DNA of 64,000 nucleotides from Podospora anserina (Eukaryota): NCBI GenBank assembly GCA_017654855.1, contig CM030336.1, positions 2,976,001 to 3,040,000 of the forward strand, read 5' to 3'. Shown piece by piece: positions 61,710 to 64,000 of this stretch (position 1 is its first letter; each line of letters starts with the position of its first letter). The notes under the pieces were generated by a model. It saw only the letters and a program-made list of their open reading frames with translations, ran no database searches and was not told where the DNA came from. The position numbers and the translations under genes were made by a program.

Positions 61710-62852
61710 TCAATACCCGTGCGTCTTGTTCATGACATTGATCAACGTCGGTTTCTGCCCGCTCAACCCCTCCAAGTTCCTCTCAACAACCGCCTGGATG
61801 CGCTGGAACAGATGGGGTGTCTGCCAGCTGACATGAGGCGTGATAAACACATTGGGCGCGCTCCAAAGCGGGTGGCCGTCTGTAAGTGGCTCAGGGTCCG
61901 CCACATCGAGTGCCGCACCCCTGATCTTCCCTTCCTTCAAGGCTTCAATCAAATCATCCGAGTTGATATGCTGACCCCGGGCAATATTTGACACAAACGT
62001 CTTTTTCTTGGCCAAAATATCAAACTGTTCTTTGCTGATGATGTACTTGGTCGCGTCTGTGAGAGGCAGGCTGATGACCAGCAGATCAAGGTCCTGGGCG
62101 AGGAACTCGTTGATTGACTCCTTGGAGGAGCCGTGATACCATTTGACCGGGATCAGACCGTCGGGGTCTCCTGTTCCGGGGACAACGTAGCTGTCATCCT
62201 TTCTTGCCTCGGGCGTGGCTTTTTCGCGGCGGGTGTAGGCGTAGACTTCCATTCCGAGAGCCTGACCTAGCCGCGCGCAGTGCCTGCCAATGGCACCGTA
62301 CCCCAGGATTCCCATCCGTAGGCCGGGCGAGTCTTCAATGTGGAGAGATGGCTGACGGTTCCAGGTAGCCTTCTTTTGTTGCTCGACGTAGCTGAGGAAT
62401 TGGTGGTTTGCCATGAGCCAGGTGCCAATGACCCATTCTGCGATTTGGGGCCTGGAATCATTGTTAGTTCAGTCATTCCAAACGGTTCCACCCACCCTTC
62501 AACCAAACACGTACGCGTGGGTCCCATTGGCGGTGCAGAAGGTGACATTGGGGTTTTTGTAGAGGTCGTTGGTGGTCCACCTGTCGGCTCCGGCAGACAT
62601 GAGCTGGACATATCTGACTTTGGGCAGCTTTTCGGCCGGGTGAGGCATGAACCCGACCAACAAAGTAACTCCGTCGTACACCTCATCCGGTAGGGGCTTT
62701 GGCATCATGGTCAACTCAGACGTGTGCCACCGAATCTCCAGCCCAGGGTATCGTTCCTGGAGCTGAGCGATCCATTTCTCGTCTCGTGGCGCTGGCACCT
62801 CAAAGAGGAGAACGTCTCCGGCTAGGGAGCTTGTGGGGGTAATGGTTACCAT
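61710..62852 (-). CDS. D-isomer-specific 2-hydroxyacid dehydrogenase (1 intron)
   Basis: QLMSAGAD, GILGYGAIG, LPLT, NIARG, GAALDVADPEPL, ITPHVS. Confidence 0.92.
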
Positions 62853-63349
62853 TTTGGATACGATACTCGGTGTTGAAAAACAAGAGACCAGAACAGAGAC
62901 AAGGCAAGAGAAGTGATGAGGCAGACCTCCGTGAGGGGTGGCCAGTCTTCTTTTATAAGCCGAGGTCACACCTGAACGTAAACGGCTTAGAGTCCGAGAG
63001 GGCCGAGTGCGACAGTCTCCCCGTTGGTGATGTGTGAATGCTTGGAGGTGCGGGGTCCGGACCGGCTACGGCGGAGCGCCAACGTCTTTCGGAGACATTT
63101 GTCGTATCTCCGTTGCCGTGATGACGCAAAGCGCCACGTTAAAAGCACAATATTCCCGGAGACGTTCACTAAACATGAACCTGCAGCTCAAGTCCAAAAG
63201 GTATAACGATAGGAGTGAATTGATTACCAACCAGCAACTCCCCAACTCCCTCGGATATCATTTCGCGCGGCTATGTCCACCTAGATTAATCTCAACAATA
63301 TGTACAAAAGCTCCATCGCACACTTCTCACCACCCTCCGAATCACCCCG

Positions 63350-64000
63350 TCATGGCCTGTTGCTCAGCTCGGTGTGCTGTTGACCCTGGGCTGGCAGCTC
63401 GATTCGATTCTCGTTGGTAAACGCCTCATGGACATGTGTGTTTGGAATATAGTGACGGTTATCCATCTCGACCTTTGGACTGTAATAATCGGCTTCGACT
63501 GGATACTGTCCGCCATAGTGATAGGCTCCTGGTGAAACAGCCTGCGTCGATGCACCGCTGTGAAGTGTGCCGCTGCCCTGACCTGGACTTCCAGCAATTG
63601 GCCCAACCACCTCGGCATTTTGAGCTTGCGCGTTTGCGCCTCCTCGCCGTCGACCGAGAAAGTACGCACCAATGGCAATACCAATGGCGAGAACAGCTGT
63701 TGCTCCGACTCCGATACCGATGCCAGCACTGGTGGACAGACCAGTTGGGCTGGCTCCCGCAGGTTGCTGATTGGGGAACTCATCTTTGGTTGTGCCACCG
63801 GCATCAGAGGTTGCTCCAGGCCCGTCGCTTGTTGCTGTGGTCGTCGACAGCCCGGGGCTGAGGATAACCGTGGTTTCGGTCGGGAGCTTCGTGGTTGTCT
63901 CGGACGGCTGCTGAAAGTTGGATATTCCTTCGCCGCGTCTCGAAATGTTGAAGTAGTGGCTCATGGCGAGATTATTGCTTGTGCCCTCCTCGAAGATGAT
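63350..64000 (-). CDS. Single-pass membrane protein with a Ser/Thr-rich stalk (3' part only)
   Basis: Thr/Ser-rich region, TM segment GIGIGVGATAVLAIGIAIGAYFL followed by RRR, cytoplasmic tail with VEM/IELP motifs. The frame continues beyond the window. Confidence 0.75.
   Translation of the reverse strand: MIFEEGTSNNLAMSHYFNISRRGEGISNFQQPSETTTKLPTETTVILSPGLSTTTATSDGPGATSDAGGTTKDEFPNQQPAGASPTGLSTSAGIGIGVGATAVLAIGIAIGAYFLGRRRGGANAQAQNAEVVGPIAGSPGQGSGTLHSGASTQAVSPGAYHYGGQYPVEADYYSPKVEMDNRHYIPNTHVHEAFTNENRIELPAQGQQHTELSNRP

Noticed and set aside
57395-62852. Secondary-metabolite gene cluster (two FAD monooxygenases, dehydrogenase, distant OMT)
   Set aside because: No PKS, NRPS or terpene backbone gene, transporter or pathway regulator is in the window, and a phosphatase interrupts the group.

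Overview
Eukaryotic, filamentous-ascomycete DNA with short spliceosomal introns and CTAAC/CTGAC branch sites. It is probably Sordariales, Podospora-like (inferred from gene content, composition and a 354-bp solo LTR). Intact housekeeping genes (AIM24, KIF22/Kid-like kinesin, ATM1, MutY, cystathionine gamma-synthase, TPS2) alternate with accessory genes, many of them broken. The broken genes are two 2EXR paralogues (one split by a solo LTR with a perfect 5-bp TSD, one with only in-frame stops), a HeLo-like/NACHT NLR, a DUF6594 gene, a membrane-protein gene and a HeLo-like + retropepsin-like protease fusion. Intact accessory genes include two HET-domain proteins, a tandem double-retropepsin protein, an AA14-like LPMO fused to WSC and crystallin-like modules, and a SET protein with a hydrophobic N-terminus and an altered catalytic motif. 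The best candidate for an undescribed system is the HeLo-like/retropepsin fusion inside a cluster of non-self-recognition-type genes. I saw no rRNA, tRNA or CRISPR array. All family assignments come from motif recognition by eye, without database searches.
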